Part shown: positions 1 through 9,385 of the stretch, piece by piece
Layout: each line of letters starts with the position of its first letter
Position numbering within the stretch: the stretch's first letter is position 1
DNA from: a virus
Taxonomy: Duplodnaviria; Caudoviricetes
Virus record (IMG/VR): IMGVR_UViG_3300005077_000054
Span: 1-37,082 of that record
DNA length: 37,082 bases
Reading direction: 5' to 3' (one strand)
Program-made: the position numbers and the translations under genes
Notes under the pieces: generated by a model
The model's database searches: none
What the model was told of the DNA's origin: nothing
Seen by the model: the letters and a program-made list of their open reading frames with translations, nothing else

Positions 1-120
1 TAAAAAATTAAATATAAAACACGATAAGGTAAGTTCTTTAATGGCGGTTGCAATACGAAAATTGAAGAAAAATAAATATGAATTTTTAAAGCTTTTAAAT
101 TAAAGGAGTGAACGAACAAA

Positions 121-579
121 ATGAGACCAGATAAAAGAGACTATTATCTTAGAGTGGCAGAAACCGTATCTTTACGGTCTACTTGCTTAAGGAGGCGGTA
201 CGGTGCAATTATAGTAAATAATGATGAAATAGTAGGGACAGGTTATAATGGCAGTGCCAGAGGAGAATTCAACTGTTCTGACGGCGGAGCAGAAAGCTGT
301 TTCAGGAAAAGAAATAATATTCCCCAGGGAGAGCAATACGAGAAGTGTGTTGCCATCCACGCAGAAGTGAACGCAATAATCTCAGCCGGAAGGAAGCTCT
401 GTCAGGGAGCCTCTCTGTATCTTTTTGGGGTAGACCTTGTTACAGGGGTAGATATACACTCTCCAGAACCCTGTGTTATGTGTGCCAGGCTTATAAAAAA
501 CGCGGGAATAAAAGAAGTTATTACAAACGCGGGAACTTTCCCGGTAGAAAGAAGGATGGTGTTTAGTCGTGTCAGTTAG
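121..579 (+). CDS. dCMP deaminase (ComEB-like)
   Basis: HAE and PCxxC Zn motifs (IHAEVNAI, EPCVMC), RSTCLRR and GYNG motifs; RBS aaggag. Confidence 0.92.
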   Translation: MRPDKRDYYLRVAETVSLRSTCLRRRYGAIIVNNDEIVGTGYNGSARGEFNCSDGGAESCFRKRNNIPQGEQYEKCVAIHAEVNAIISAGRKLCQGASLYLFGVDLVTGVDIHSPEPCVMCARLIKNAGIKEVITNAGTFPVERRMVFSRVS

Positions 580-1222
580 TTTAATTCATATTACGCCGGA
601 TTATGCCGGAAAAATAGAATTTGCAGCCAGAACATCAACCGCAACAAAATGCGGAGAAACACCGGAAGAATTTGTAAAAAAGCTTGTGAAAAAGGAGCAT
701 CTCTCCGTGGGCCGTCATTGTGATGCTTCTTTTGAAATCGTCTGCAGCAGGGCATGCAGCCATCAACTGGTAAGACACACTCATCTGGCATATACTCAGG
801 AAAGCCAGAGGTATGTGGAATTTGATTTCGATGATGGAGATTATGCAAATTACATTATACCTCAAACAGTAGCAAATAATAAGAATTGTGTCTTATGGGG
901 ACATGCTATGACTCAGATACGTAAAACTTATAAAGGCTTAATAGAATCAGGTGTACCAAAAGAAGATGCCCGTTATATTCTTCCAAACGCTTGCAAGACC
1001 CGTATTGTAGTAAGCGGTAATTTTCAGGCATGGTGGGACTTTATAAAACTCAGAACAGACAAGGCAGCCCAGTGGGAAATAAGGGGAATTGCAGAGGAGG
1101 TAAGAGACATACTTCTTAAGGAAGCACCTGCATTCTTTAAACCCCTTCAAGAAGAGATAGAAAATCAGAAAGAATATAAAGCATGGAAAAAAGAAAAAGA
1201 GGTGAACTTAAAAAGTGAGTAA
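569..1222 (+). CDS. thyX: FAD-dependent thymidylate synthase
   Basis: SRACSHQLVRH...QESQRYV, EDARYILP, AQWEIR signatures. Confidence 0.92.
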   Translation: MSVSLIHITPDYAGKIEFAARTSTATKCGETPEEFVKKLVKKEHLSVGRHCDASFEIVCSRACSHQLVRHTHLAYTQESQRYVEFDFDDGDYANYIIPQTVANNKNCVLWGHAMTQIRKTYKGLIESGVPKEDARYILPNACKTRIVVSGNFQAWWDFIKLRTDKAAQWEIRGIAEEVRDILLKEAPAFFKPLQEEIENQKEYKAWKKEKEVNLKSE

Positions 1223-2012
1223 TTTACATACTATTGCAAAGCTTATAAGAAGAGAGCTGAAAGAGATAGAGAGAAATAATATTACTTCTCAGGTGTTTCA
1301 AGAGAGAATAATTAACAGTCTTAATAATATAGAGATGTTTTTAAACAATATATCACCGAATAAAGACAATGTAATTATATGCGTCACCGGCCCTATTGGA
1401 GCAGGTAAAACATATTTCACCGATAAGATAAAACATCTCTTTCCTTCTATTGGGGTATTCACAAAACCATTACCGGGTAGAATTTCCCTCATAAAGCTTT
1501 ATTATGAAGATAAAACAGAATGGACTCCTTCATTTCAACACCTGTCTATGAACGGAAAAGCCTGTAATTTACTGGATGCGAATGAATTTAACGAAATATC
1601 AGTCATTGAAAGAAGTATTGAAGATAACTGCCAGGTCTTTGCACTTCAACAATACGAATTAGGCTTTTCTACTACTGAGGCATGGGAGCAGTATAAGAAA
1701 CTTTACGGGCACTTGTTTAAGACTTTAAAGCAGCCTGACATATATATTTATTTAAAAGGCTCAGAGGAATTCCTTTTAAACCGTATTCATAACGAGAGAA
1801 AAAGAGAAGGAGAGAATAGAATAACACCTGAGTACATAAGAGACGTAATTTTTCGTTACGACACATGGATAGAAGAACTCAGAGAAAGAGGAGAAAAAAT
1901 TTATACAATTCAGGTCGATCATGATTTCTCTGACAGAGAGATTAAAGATATATTTAAGAAAGTCGTTATGGCACAGGAGGAGTTTAACAATGAAACAATG
2001 TTGCTGGTGTAA
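1215..2012 (+). CDS. Deoxynucleoside kinase family protein
   Basis: P-loop GPIGAGKT, ERS motif, PDIYIYL, RxxxRxREGE lid. Confidence 0.85.
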   Translation: MSNLHTIAKLIRRELKEIERNNITSQVFQERIINSLNNIEMFLNNISPNKDNVIICVTGPIGAGKTYFTDKIKHLFPSIGVFTKPLPGRISLIKLYYEDKTEWTPSFQHLSMNGKACNLLDANEFNEISVIERSIEDNCQVFALQQYELGFSTTEAWEQYKKLYGHLFKTLKQPDIYIYLKGSEEFLLNRIHNERKREGENRITPEYIRDVIFRYDTWIEELRERGEKIYTIQVDHDFSDREIKDIFKKVVMAQEEFNNETMLLV

Positions 2013-2160
2013 AGCTATACAAAATATTCACACAGGGGAATGGCAGGATGGCCCGGCAGAAGTTCTCCCAGAAACCTCTGGAAGCATCTGTCCAGATTGT
2101 TCTGAGAAAATAAAAAAAGAATATAGCAAAATAAAGCAGAAAAGAGGTAAAGCGGCATGA
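1990..2160 (+). CDS. Small zinc-ribbon protein (56 aa)
   Basis: CCWC and CPDC pairs; RBS caggagg before ATG 1990; ATGA overlap with next gene. Confidence 0.75.
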   Translation: MKQCCWCKAIQNIHTGEWQDGPAEVLPETSGSICPDCSEKIKKEYSKIKQKRGKAA

Positions 2161-2636
2161 ATAAGCTATCCGTGAAAGAAAGATTAAAAGATTACAGGAG
2201 AAAAATGGGAAGATTGAAATATTTAAAACAAAGAAAAGAAGAAATAGAAGGCCAGCTAAAAGAAATCCCGGACAGCGTAAAATATTACAACATGAGCGAT
2301 ATCATAGAATTTAATCCTACTACGAATAAGATAAACCGTACTATTGAGGAAGCAGGGATTAAATCGGCAGAGATACATAAAGACCTGCAGGCATCCCTGA
2401 ATATAGTAATCAAGCAGATTATAGAACTCGAAAAAGAAATAAGAATAGTAGATGCGATAATTACGGGGTTAACGGATAGAGAACGGTTTGTTATCGACAA
2501 ATTGTATTTTTGCGGACTGAGGCTTTATTGTGTACCTTCTCTTTTTTATGAAAATTTTAAAGAAACTGTAAGCCCGAAAACCATCAAAAGAATATCAGAG
2601 GAAGCGACAGAAAAAATGGAGGAATTGATAAAATAA
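2157..2636 (+). CDS. Late transcriptional activator, RinA/ArpU/sigma-region-4-like
   Basis: Coiled coil, then LTDRERFVI..LYF helix-turn-helix; last gene before terS. Confidence 0.7.
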   Translation: MNKLSVKERLKDYRRKMGRLKYLKQRKEEIEGQLKEIPDSVKYYNMSDIIEFNPTTNKINRTIEEAGIKSAEIHKDLQASLNIVIKQIIELEKEIRIVDAIITGLTDRERFVIDKLYFCGLRLYCVPSLFYENFKETVSPKTIKRISEEATEKMEELIK

Positions 2637-2638
2637 GT

Positions 2639-2687
2639 TTTGTCCTCTATTTGTCCAAATTTGTCCTCTATTTGTCCAGTTTTGTCC
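2639..2687 (+). repeat. Five helically phased TTTGTCC direct repeats (probable late-activator binding sites)
   Basis: Copies start at 2639, 2650, 2660, 2671 and 2681 (spacing 11/10/11/10), abutting a -35 box. Confidence 0.85.
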
Positions 2688-2688
2688 A

Positions 2689-2717
2689 TTGATTAAGCGA
2701 ATTGGGTATGATACAAT
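2689..2717 (+). promoter_or_regulatory. Late promoter
   Basis: TTGATT-17 bp-TACAAT with extended TG at 2709-2710. Confidence 0.7.
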
Positions 2718-2725
2718 TAAGATGT

Positions 2726-2752
2726 AAAAAAAGACCCTGGAGGTCTTTTTTT
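2726..2752 (+). terminator. Terminator-like hairpin just downstream of the late promoter
   Basis: AAAAAAAGACC-ctgga-GGTCTTTTTTT. Confidence 0.55.
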
Positions 2753-2770
2753 AATTTGTAGGTGGTGATC

Positions 2771-3298
2771 GTGAGTGAGATAGGAAAATTTACAAATCTA
2801 GAAGAAAATTTTATAGATATTTATACAACACAAGAAAAACACAACGCCACTCAAGCTTATATCGATGCTGGATATGAGGCTAAAAATAGAAATATTGCAG
2901 GAGTAGAGGCTTGTAAATTATTAAGAAATCCTAAGATAAAAAGAGAAATTAATAAACGTACAAGAAAAGCCAAAAAGTTAAAAGGTGATAAAATTGCCAC
3001 TCTTGCAGAGATACAAGAATTTTATACTAAAGTTTTAAGGAGTGAAGAGACAGAGCCTTATTTAGCTTTCTGGGATGGTGATTTTAGAGAAAAAGACAAA
3101 AAGCCTTACATTAAAGATAAAATTAACGCTGCTAAAGAACTTACTGATTTGTTGAAAATTTCTGAAGAAGAGAAAAAGAAAAAAGAAGAAAAAGAAAACA
3201 AACCTAATAGCAGCTTGACAGAAGCTTTACAGCAAAGCGTATCTGAAGATTGGGCAAGGTGGAAAGAAGAAAATGAAAATTCAGATACCACCGTTTAA
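2771..3298 (+). CDS. terS: Terminase small subunit
   Basis: NATQAYIDAGY...KLLRNPKI N-terminal HTH; GTG 2771 chosen from RBS aggtgg (track start 2762). Confidence 0.9.
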   Translation: MSEIGKFTNLEENFIDIYTTQEKHNATQAYIDAGYEAKNRNIAGVEACKLLRNPKIKREINKRTRKAKKLKGDKIATLAEIQEFYTKVLRSEETEPYLAFWDGDFREKDKKPYIKDKINAAKELTDLLKISEEEKKKKEEKENKPNSSLTEALQQSVSEDWARWKEENENSDTTV

Positions 3299-4562
3299 AT
3301 GGAAGCCGCTTTCATGGAAACAAAGATTATTACTTCATTGGTGGATGCCTGGCTCAGAAGCTGAAATTTGCGACGCAATTATAGCTGATGGTGCAGTAAG
3401 AAGCGGAAAAACCCTTCCGATGTCTTTTTCGTTTCCACACTGGGCAATGGAGAATTTTGAAAATCAAAATTTTATTATGTCCGGTAAGACGGTAGGGAGT
3501 TTCAGAAGAAATGTTCTTACACTTCAAAAAAGAATTCTTCAAGATGAGGGTTATCAGACAGAAGAAAAACGCTCAGAAAACCTCTTAATAGTTTACAGAG
3601 ATGGAAAGGTAAACTATTTTTATATTTTTGGTGGCAAAGATGAGGGGTCTCAGGATTTAGTTCAAGGTATAACTGCAGCCGGGGCATTATTTGACGAAGT
3701 TGCTCTTATGCCTGAGTCTTTTATAAATCAGGCAGTTGCCAGGTGTTCAGTGGATGGAAGTAGACTCTGGTTTAACTGTAATCCGGAGGGCCCAAATCAT
3801 TATTTCAAGAAAAAATGGATAGACCAGGCCAGGGCAAAAAATGCCATACATTTACATTTTACGATGGAAGATAATCTCTCCCTTTCAGATAGTATCAGAG
3901 AGAGGTATAAAAGACTTTATTCTGGATTGTTTTATGACCGTTTTATACTTGGACTCTGGAAACTTGCCCAGGGAATTATATACGATTGCTTCAACCCTAA
4001 AAAACATATAGTAAAAGCACTTCCTGAAGGCATGTATCATTATTACGACGGCAGCGATTATGGAACTGCAGCCCCTACAGGATTTTTAAAAATTGCTCAC
4101 AATATACGAACAAACAAATTATATGCAATCAAAGAATATTATTACGATAGTAAGGCAACTGGAAGGCAAAAAACCAATAGTGAATTTAGTAAAGATTATA
4201 AGGGTTTTACGAAAGATAAATATGCTCAGGCGGTATATATCGACCCAAGCGCAGCTTCATTTAAAACACAATTAAAATGTGATGGGGTGCATAATGTGAA
4301 AGATGCTGATAATTCAGTTTTGGACGGCATAAGAACCGTAGCAAGTGCATTTTCACAGGGAATTCTTTATTTATTAGAAGGTGCTTGTCCTCAACTGGAA
4401 AGTGATTTAGCTTCTTACGTATGGGACGAAAAAGCTCAGCAGTACGGAGAAGATAAGCCAATAAAACAAAATGATCATATGGCTGATACTTTACGTTATA
4501 TAATTTTTACTAAATTTTTTAAATTAATAAATAAAGTAAGTAAACCAACTTTGCAAACTTAA
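3273..4562 (+). CDS. terL: Terminase large subunit, PBSX family
   Basis: GAVRSGKT Walker A, FDE Walker B, NCNPEGP, DYG, DPSAA, NDHMADTLRY nuclease motifs. Confidence 0.95.
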   Translation: MKIQIPPFKWKPLSWKQRLLLHWWMPGSEAEICDAIIADGAVRSGKTLPMSFSFPHWAMENFENQNFIMSGKTVGSFRRNVLTLQKRILQDEGYQTEEKRSENLLIVYRDGKVNYFYIFGGKDEGSQDLVQGITAAGALFDEVALMPESFINQAVARCSVDGSRLWFNCNPEGPNHYFKKKWIDQARAKNAIHLHFTMEDNLSLSDSIRERYKRLYSGLFYDRFILGLWKLAQGIIYDCFNPKKHIVKALPEGMYHYYDGSDYGTAAPTGFLKIAHNIRTNKLYAIKEYYYDSKATGRQKTNSEFSKDYKGFTKDKYAQAVYIDPSAASFKTQLKCDGVHNVKDADNSVLDGIRTVASAFSQGILYLLEGACPQLESDLASYVWDEKAQQYGEDKPIKQNDHMADTLRYIIFTKFFKLINKVSKPTLQT

Positions 4563-4572
4563 AGGATAGAAT

Positions 4573-6006
4573 ATGCTGGATTCATTAGATTTTCTCTCTA
4601 CCGGTCAACCATGGCCACCTCCGAGTGAGATAGAAAGATTAAAATTATACGAGAAAAATAGACTGCTTTTTGAAGGAAAGCATAATAGGCGCTTTATGTA
4701 CCTGACGAAATTTCTCAGGCAAAACCAGAAGAATATTATTGATATAATTTTGAACTGGCCCAGGCGACTTTCCACTTTGTGGGCAGATCTTCTCTTAACT
4801 GAACCTCCAAAATTCACAATCGGAGAGATAGATAGTGAAAAACAAAATGCGTTAACTAATTATACAAAGAAAAATTTTCTACCTACGCTTTACAAATGCA
4901 TGCTCGACAGAAGTATGTATGCTGATGGGCTTTTAAAGATTTTATACAATGGCAAAGCTATTATTAAAAGTCAAAACCCTTTTGTATGGTTTCCCGTAGT
5001 AACGCCAGACGATGCTGAAGAAGTTCAGTACCACGTTCTTGCTTGGAGTTATAGAAAAATAGAAAATAATAAACAACAGTGGTATTTAAAGGCAGAAATA
5101 CACGATAAGGGCAGTATAACAACAAGAGTATATAAATTAAATTCTATTGATAGTGAATGTAAGATAGGAGAACTTATTGAGGACGAAACGATATTAACCG
5201 GTATAGATGATTTTTTAATCATTCAAATACCAAATTTAATCACAACGGCAAGAACAACAGGGTTAGATGATTATTCAGATTTAAATTCGATAATACAAGA
5301 ACTTGAAAATAGAATTACTCGCCTTGGTCAAATATTTAATAAACATTCATCACCAAGCATGTACGGTTCCGATAATGCAATAGAGGTAGATCCTGTTACG
5401 AATGAAACCACATATAACAAAAATGACGGGGATTATATTGCATTAGAAAAGGGAGAGCAGCCTCCCGGATATATCACATGGGACGGGAATGTTGAAGGGT
5501 GCTTCAAAGAGTTAGATTTTCTCATGAATCAACTTTACGCTCTGTCTGAGACCTGTCCAGCAGCTTTTGGTGAGTCAAGAACTGGATACGCTGAATCTGG
5601 AACCGCTTTAAGGCTCAGGATGTATGCTCCACTTACGAAGACAAATAGAGGAAAAATGTTTATAGACCCTGCAATAAAACAGGCTATTTCAATAGCGTCG
5701 AAATTGGATACCTTAAACAATAATGGCACTTTTCTTCCAGAGGAAGAAATCACAATCCACTGGCAAGACGGACTCCCCGCCGACGACAAAGAAATGGCAG
5801 AGATAATGAATATTAGGACAGGCGGGAAACCAACTATTAGCCAGGAGACGGCAATTCGCAGAATGGATAATTCAAGTGAAATTGAAGTTCAAAGAGAAAT
5901 AGAAAGAATACAGATGGACGAAATACAGAATAATCCTATTTCCCCGTCTGTATTTTCCATGGGGGCCCAGGATGTTACAGATAACAATCTACAGGAACAA
6001 GAATAA
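4573..6006 (+). CDS. Portal protein (SPP1 gp6-like)
   Basis: Position, 477 aa, SGTALR and W.DGLP.D motifs. Confidence 0.88.
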   Translation: MLDSLDFLSTGQPWPPPSEIERLKLYEKNRLLFEGKHNRRFMYLTKFLRQNQKNIIDIILNWPRRLSTLWADLLLTEPPKFTIGEIDSEKQNALTNYTKKNFLPTLYKCMLDRSMYADGLLKILYNGKAIIKSQNPFVWFPVVTPDDAEEVQYHVLAWSYRKIENNKQQWYLKAEIHDKGSITTRVYKLNSIDSECKIGELIEDETILTGIDDFLIIQIPNLITTARTTGLDDYSDLNSIIQELENRITRLGQIFNKHSSPSMYGSDNAIEVDPVTNETTYNKNDGDYIALEKGEQPPGYITWDGNVEGCFKELDFLMNQLYALSETCPAAFGESRTGYAESGTALRLRMYAPLTKTNRGKMFIDPAIKQAISIASKLDTLNNNGTFLPEEEITIHWQDGLPADDKEMAEIMNIRTGGKPTISQETAIRRMDNSSEIEVQREIERIQMDEIQNNPISPSVFSMGAQDVTDNNLQEQE

Positions 6007-6289
6007 TCAGATAAAGTTTTATAAAGCAGAAGGCCATTGCAGTTACGGAGAAAAAGGAAAAGATGTTGTTTGCTCTGGAACTTCAACATTACTTCAGAGT
6101 TCTATTCTTGGACTTGATAAATACTGCACTATTCCGCCACAGGCAATAATATCTGACGGTTATTTAGCCTGCGTTCTCTCTGAAATAAATAAAGAGTCGC
6201 AGGTGATACTTGAAACAATGTTAATCGGTCTCAGGCAGATAGAAGAGCAGTATCCAGATTACGTGAGGATTAAGGAGAATATAGAGTGA
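5972..6289 (+). CDS. prp: Prp-family ribosomal-processing cysteine protease (DUF464/YsxB), likely prohead protease
   Basis: GHC...GKDVVCSG.S.L His/Cys dyad, DGYL, C-terminal IEEQYPDYV; 105 aa. Confidence 0.9.
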   Translation: MLQITIYRNKNNQIKFYKAEGHCSYGEKGKDVVCSGTSTLLQSSILGLDKYCTIPPQAIISDGYLACVLSEINKESQVILETMLIGLRQIEEQYPDYVRIKENIE

Positions 6290-6604
6290 ATATACCGGAA
6301 AAGGTAAGAGTTGGATATATAGATTGTGATGTAGAGATAGTAAATAGTCAATTAATAAGCGGTAATCAGGAAGTTTATGGAAAGATTGATTATTCTTACG
6401 GGAAAATACAGTTAAGTAATATTTTCTGCAAAGACCAGATGAACGCTTTGTCTGATACATGAATGTATACATGGGATGGATAGCTGTTATGATATAAAAC
6501 TTAAAGAAGAACAAGTAGAAAAACTCGGAATTGCTTTTTATAATTTTATTAAGGATAATCCTGAGATATTTAGAGGTAATAATGCCACAAAAGAAAACAC
6601 CTAA
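6286..6604 (+). pseudogene. Frameshifted small HExxH metallopeptidase-like phage protein
   Basis: GTG 6286 frame (MNIPEKVRVGY..YGKIDY) stops at 6462; the +1 frame continues LIHECIHG...EEQVEKLG...IKDNPEIF to TAA 6604. Confidence 0.75.
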
Positions 6605-7649
6605 AGAAATCGAAAAGCTTATAGAGATTTATTCCCGTGCAAAACAGAGAATTCTTTTAACTATTAAACAGAAGGAAGCAAAAGGAAACAGCACTTTTTA
6701 TCAAAGGTCTCTATTAACTCAGATAAACGGATTTCTCAAAGAACTTAATAAAGAAGTGAAGGTCTGGAGCAGTCGGAATATTCCGAAGTTCTACGAGGAG
6801 AAATTAAGAGAACTCAATAATTACGTCAGGGAAAATGATATTCCGGTAATTCAAACATCATTCTCAAAAATACATAAACCAGCCATTGAGACAATAGTTA
6901 ACAATCTCAATAATGACCTGGTGGAAGCAAATAATTTCGTAGGCCGGAAGATAAACGATAAATTCAAGGAAATCGGTCTTGAAACTACTGCAGATAAATT
7001 TGCCGTAGGAATGGGCGTAAAAGAACAAAAGAACCTGATTGTTGAAGAACTCTTAAAGAACGGAATAATCGGTTTTACAGATAAAGCAGGAAGAAACTGG
7101 CAGATTGATAGTTATGCAAACATGGTCGCAAATACAACTTACTCAGAGGCGGTAAACAGGGCAACCGTAAACCAGCTTACTGCCTGGGATATAGATTTGG
7201 TTAAGGTATCGGAAAATCAATCAGCCTGTCCTGTATGTGCAGTTTTCGAAGGAAGAGTTTTTTCAATCTCCGGGAAAGACAAGAGATTTCCTGCTTTAAG
7301 TGTAGCTTACAAAGGTGATAACTTAAATCTACATCCGAATTGTCTCCATACTTTGCTCCCGTATATCCCAGAATTAACAGATAACTTAAACGCCGATATA
7401 AAATTCTCAAACCGCTCTTTTGACGTAGATGAAAGAAGTCAGAAAAAGATTGATTTATATAATAAAGTTCAATCACAGAAAAGAGAATTAAGGGCAGATA
7501 AAAAGCAGTTCGAAGATTATAAATTACTGCTTGGCAAAGACGCGCCGAAGACTTTTTCTGGATTTCGAAGAATGAAACAATCAAATTCTCAGAACTGGCA
7601 GGACTTACAGGGAAAATATAAAGCCGCCAGAGCAGACTTAAAACAATAA
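6582..7649 (+). CDS. Minor capsid / head morphogenesis protein
   Basis: DKAGRNW..DSYA.M, CPVC..EGRVFS, HPNCLH; ATG 6582 with RBS agaggt. Confidence 0.88.
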   Translation: MPQKKTPKEIEKLIEIYSRAKQRILLTIKQKEAKGNSTFYQRSLLTQINGFLKELNKEVKVWSSRNIPKFYEEKLRELNNYVRENDIPVIQTSFSKIHKPAIETIVNNLNNDLVEANNFVGRKINDKFKEIGLETTADKFAVGMGVKEQKNLIVEELLKNGIIGFTDKAGRNWQIDSYANMVANTTYSEAVNRATVNQLTAWDIDLVKVSENQSACPVCAVFEGRVFSISGKDKRFPALSVAYKGDNLNLHPNCLHTLLPYIPELTDNLNADIKFSNRSFDVDERSQKKIDLYNKVQSQKRELRADKKQFEDYKLLLGKDAPKTFSGFRRMKQSNSQNWQDLQGKYKAARADLKQ

Positions 7650-7672
7650 AAATAATTTAAATAAATATCATA

Positions 7673-7713
7673 AAAAGAAGTTTGGTTAAGAAAATCAGGC
7701 TTCTTTTATTTTT
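7673..7713 (+). terminator. Intrinsic terminator-like hairpin
   Basis: aaaagaagtttggtt / aatcaggcttctttt plus T-tract. Confidence 0.5.
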
Positions 7714-7732
7714 AGAAAGGTGGTAAAGCCAG

Positions 7733-8347
7733 ATGCTTAACCGCGTGAAAGATGTATTCGATATTCAATTATTCGCTGAAGCTCAGGAAGGTTCAGCAGA
7801 AGGAGCAGAATCGGGAGGTGATACAGAGCAACAGCAATCTAAGACTTATGATGAGGCTTATGTAAAAAAACTTAGATCAGAATCAGCTAATTACAGAACA
7901 AAATATAAAGAACTGGAAACTTCTATGAACCAAAAATTTACTGATTTCCAGAATAATATTTTTAAATCTTTTGGTTTAGAACCAGATCCAAATAAGCAAT
8001 ATGAAAAGCAAATTCAGGAAGAGAGGCAGAAAAGGCAAGAAGCGGAATCCCGGATAACTACCAGATTAATAAAAGCAAAAACAGAAACAATCTGTAATCA
8101 ACTTGGTATTATAGACCCTGAACTAGCTTATCTCGCTATGGATAAATCAGGAATTAAAGTTAAAGATGATGACTCTGTGGAAGGTGTAAAAGAAGCTCTG
8201 GAAGCTCTTTTGAAATCTAAACCTCTTTTAAAGGGTTCCGTAAAACCAATCGGAGGCCCATCAAACCCAGGAACACAACCAGTTAAAGAAAGTAATTCAA
8301 AAACAATGGATACTATAATACGTAAAATGGCCGGAAGAATAGTATAA
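7733..8347 (+). CDS. Capsid scaffolding protein
   Basis: YVKKLRSESANYR, coiled coil, GGPSNPG tail; N-terminal FDIQLFA; precedes MCP. Confidence 0.85.
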   Translation: MLNRVKDVFDIQLFAEAQEGSAEGAESGGDTEQQQSKTYDEAYVKKLRSESANYRTKYKELETSMNQKFTDFQNNIFKSFGLEPDPNKQYEKQIQEERQKRQEAESRITTRLIKAKTETICNQLGIIDPELAYLAMDKSGIKVKDDDSVEGVKEALEALLKSKPLLKGSVKPIGGPSNPGTQPVKESNSKTMDTIIRKMAGRIV

Positions 8348-8377
8348 AATATTAATAGAAGGAGTGTAAAAGAAAGA

Positions 8378-9355
8378 ATGAATAAAAGAAAATTTGATTT
8401 ACAATTATTTTCTTACGATGACTCGATTACAAGAGCAAATGTAGGAAGCCTTGTCCCGTCGGAAGTAAGCGAGGAAATAATAAAAGCCCTTCCTTCTTCT
8501 TCAGCAGCTCTTGCTTTAATGAGGAAACTCAGGAATATGACCACAAGCGATCTTAGTATGCCCGTTCAATCCGCATTACCACAGGCTTATTTTCAGGATG
8601 GAGAAACAGGGCTTATGCAGACTTCAAGCCTTGAATGGAAGGACAAACATATATATGCTGAAAAGCTTAATGTGATTGTGCCAATTCCAAACTCCCTCCT
8701 TGACGATATAAGATATAACATATGGGATGAATGCAAACCGGCCATGATTGAAGCTATTGGCCAGGCTATAGATAAAGCTGTATTTTTCAGTGTCGGAAAA
8801 CCTACTTTATGGCCGACAGGGATAATTCCGGCAGCAATAGCAATGGGTAATTATGTTGCCAATGGAACTTTTGCTGATACTTACGATGATATAGCGGCAG
8901 TCGGCGGAATAATGAACAAAGTTGAAAAACAGGGCTATAAAATCAACGGTTTCACTGCATGCACTGATATTGAAGCTATTTTGAGAACCCTGAGAGATAG
9001 TAACGGTAATCTTTTATTTCAGCCTTCTATGCAGCAGGGAAGCCCGAATAGTTTGCTCGGTAGACCTCTTACTTATCCCGACAATGGCTCATGGGATGCC
9101 ACTACAGCTCTTATGGTTGCCGGTGATTTTAAAGCAGCAGTTTACTCCATGAGAACAGATATAGCATGGAAATTCTTTGATCAGGCAACACTTCAGGACA
9201 ATACTGGCAAAATAGCCCTTAACCTGGCACAACAGGACATGATCGCGATAGTTGCCACAATGCGTTTAGGCTGGCAGGTACCGAATCCAGTAAACCGCAT
9301 TCAGGAAACAGAAGCAAGCCGCTATCCATTTGCAGTGTTAACCCCTGCCGCTTAA
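8378..9355 (+). CDS. Major capsid protein (HK97 fold)
   Basis: LVPSEVSEEII, LRDSNG, LLGRP, GDF, NLAQQDM motifs; N-terminal FDLQLFS. Confidence 0.92.
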   Translation: MNKRKFDLQLFSYDDSITRANVGSLVPSEVSEEIIKALPSSSAALALMRKLRNMTTSDLSMPVQSALPQAYFQDGETGLMQTSSLEWKDKHIYAEKLNVIVPIPNSLLDDIRYNIWDECKPAMIEAIGQAIDKAVFFSVGKPTLWPTGIIPAAIAMGNYVANGTFADTYDDIAAVGGIMNKVEKQGYKINGFTACTDIEAILRTLRDSNGNLLFQPSMQQGSPNSLLGRPLTYPDNGSWDATTALMVAGDFKAAVYSMRTDIAWKFFDQATLQDNTGKIALNLAQQDMIAIVATMRLGWQVPNPVNRIQETEASRYPFAVLTPAA

Positions 9356-9385
9356 TTAACGAAATTAAAGGAGTGATAAAATATT

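Noticed and set aside
2639-2687. CRISPR-like mini-array
   Set aside because: Repeats are 7 bp with 3-4 bp gaps and there are no cas genes; it fits activator binding sites.
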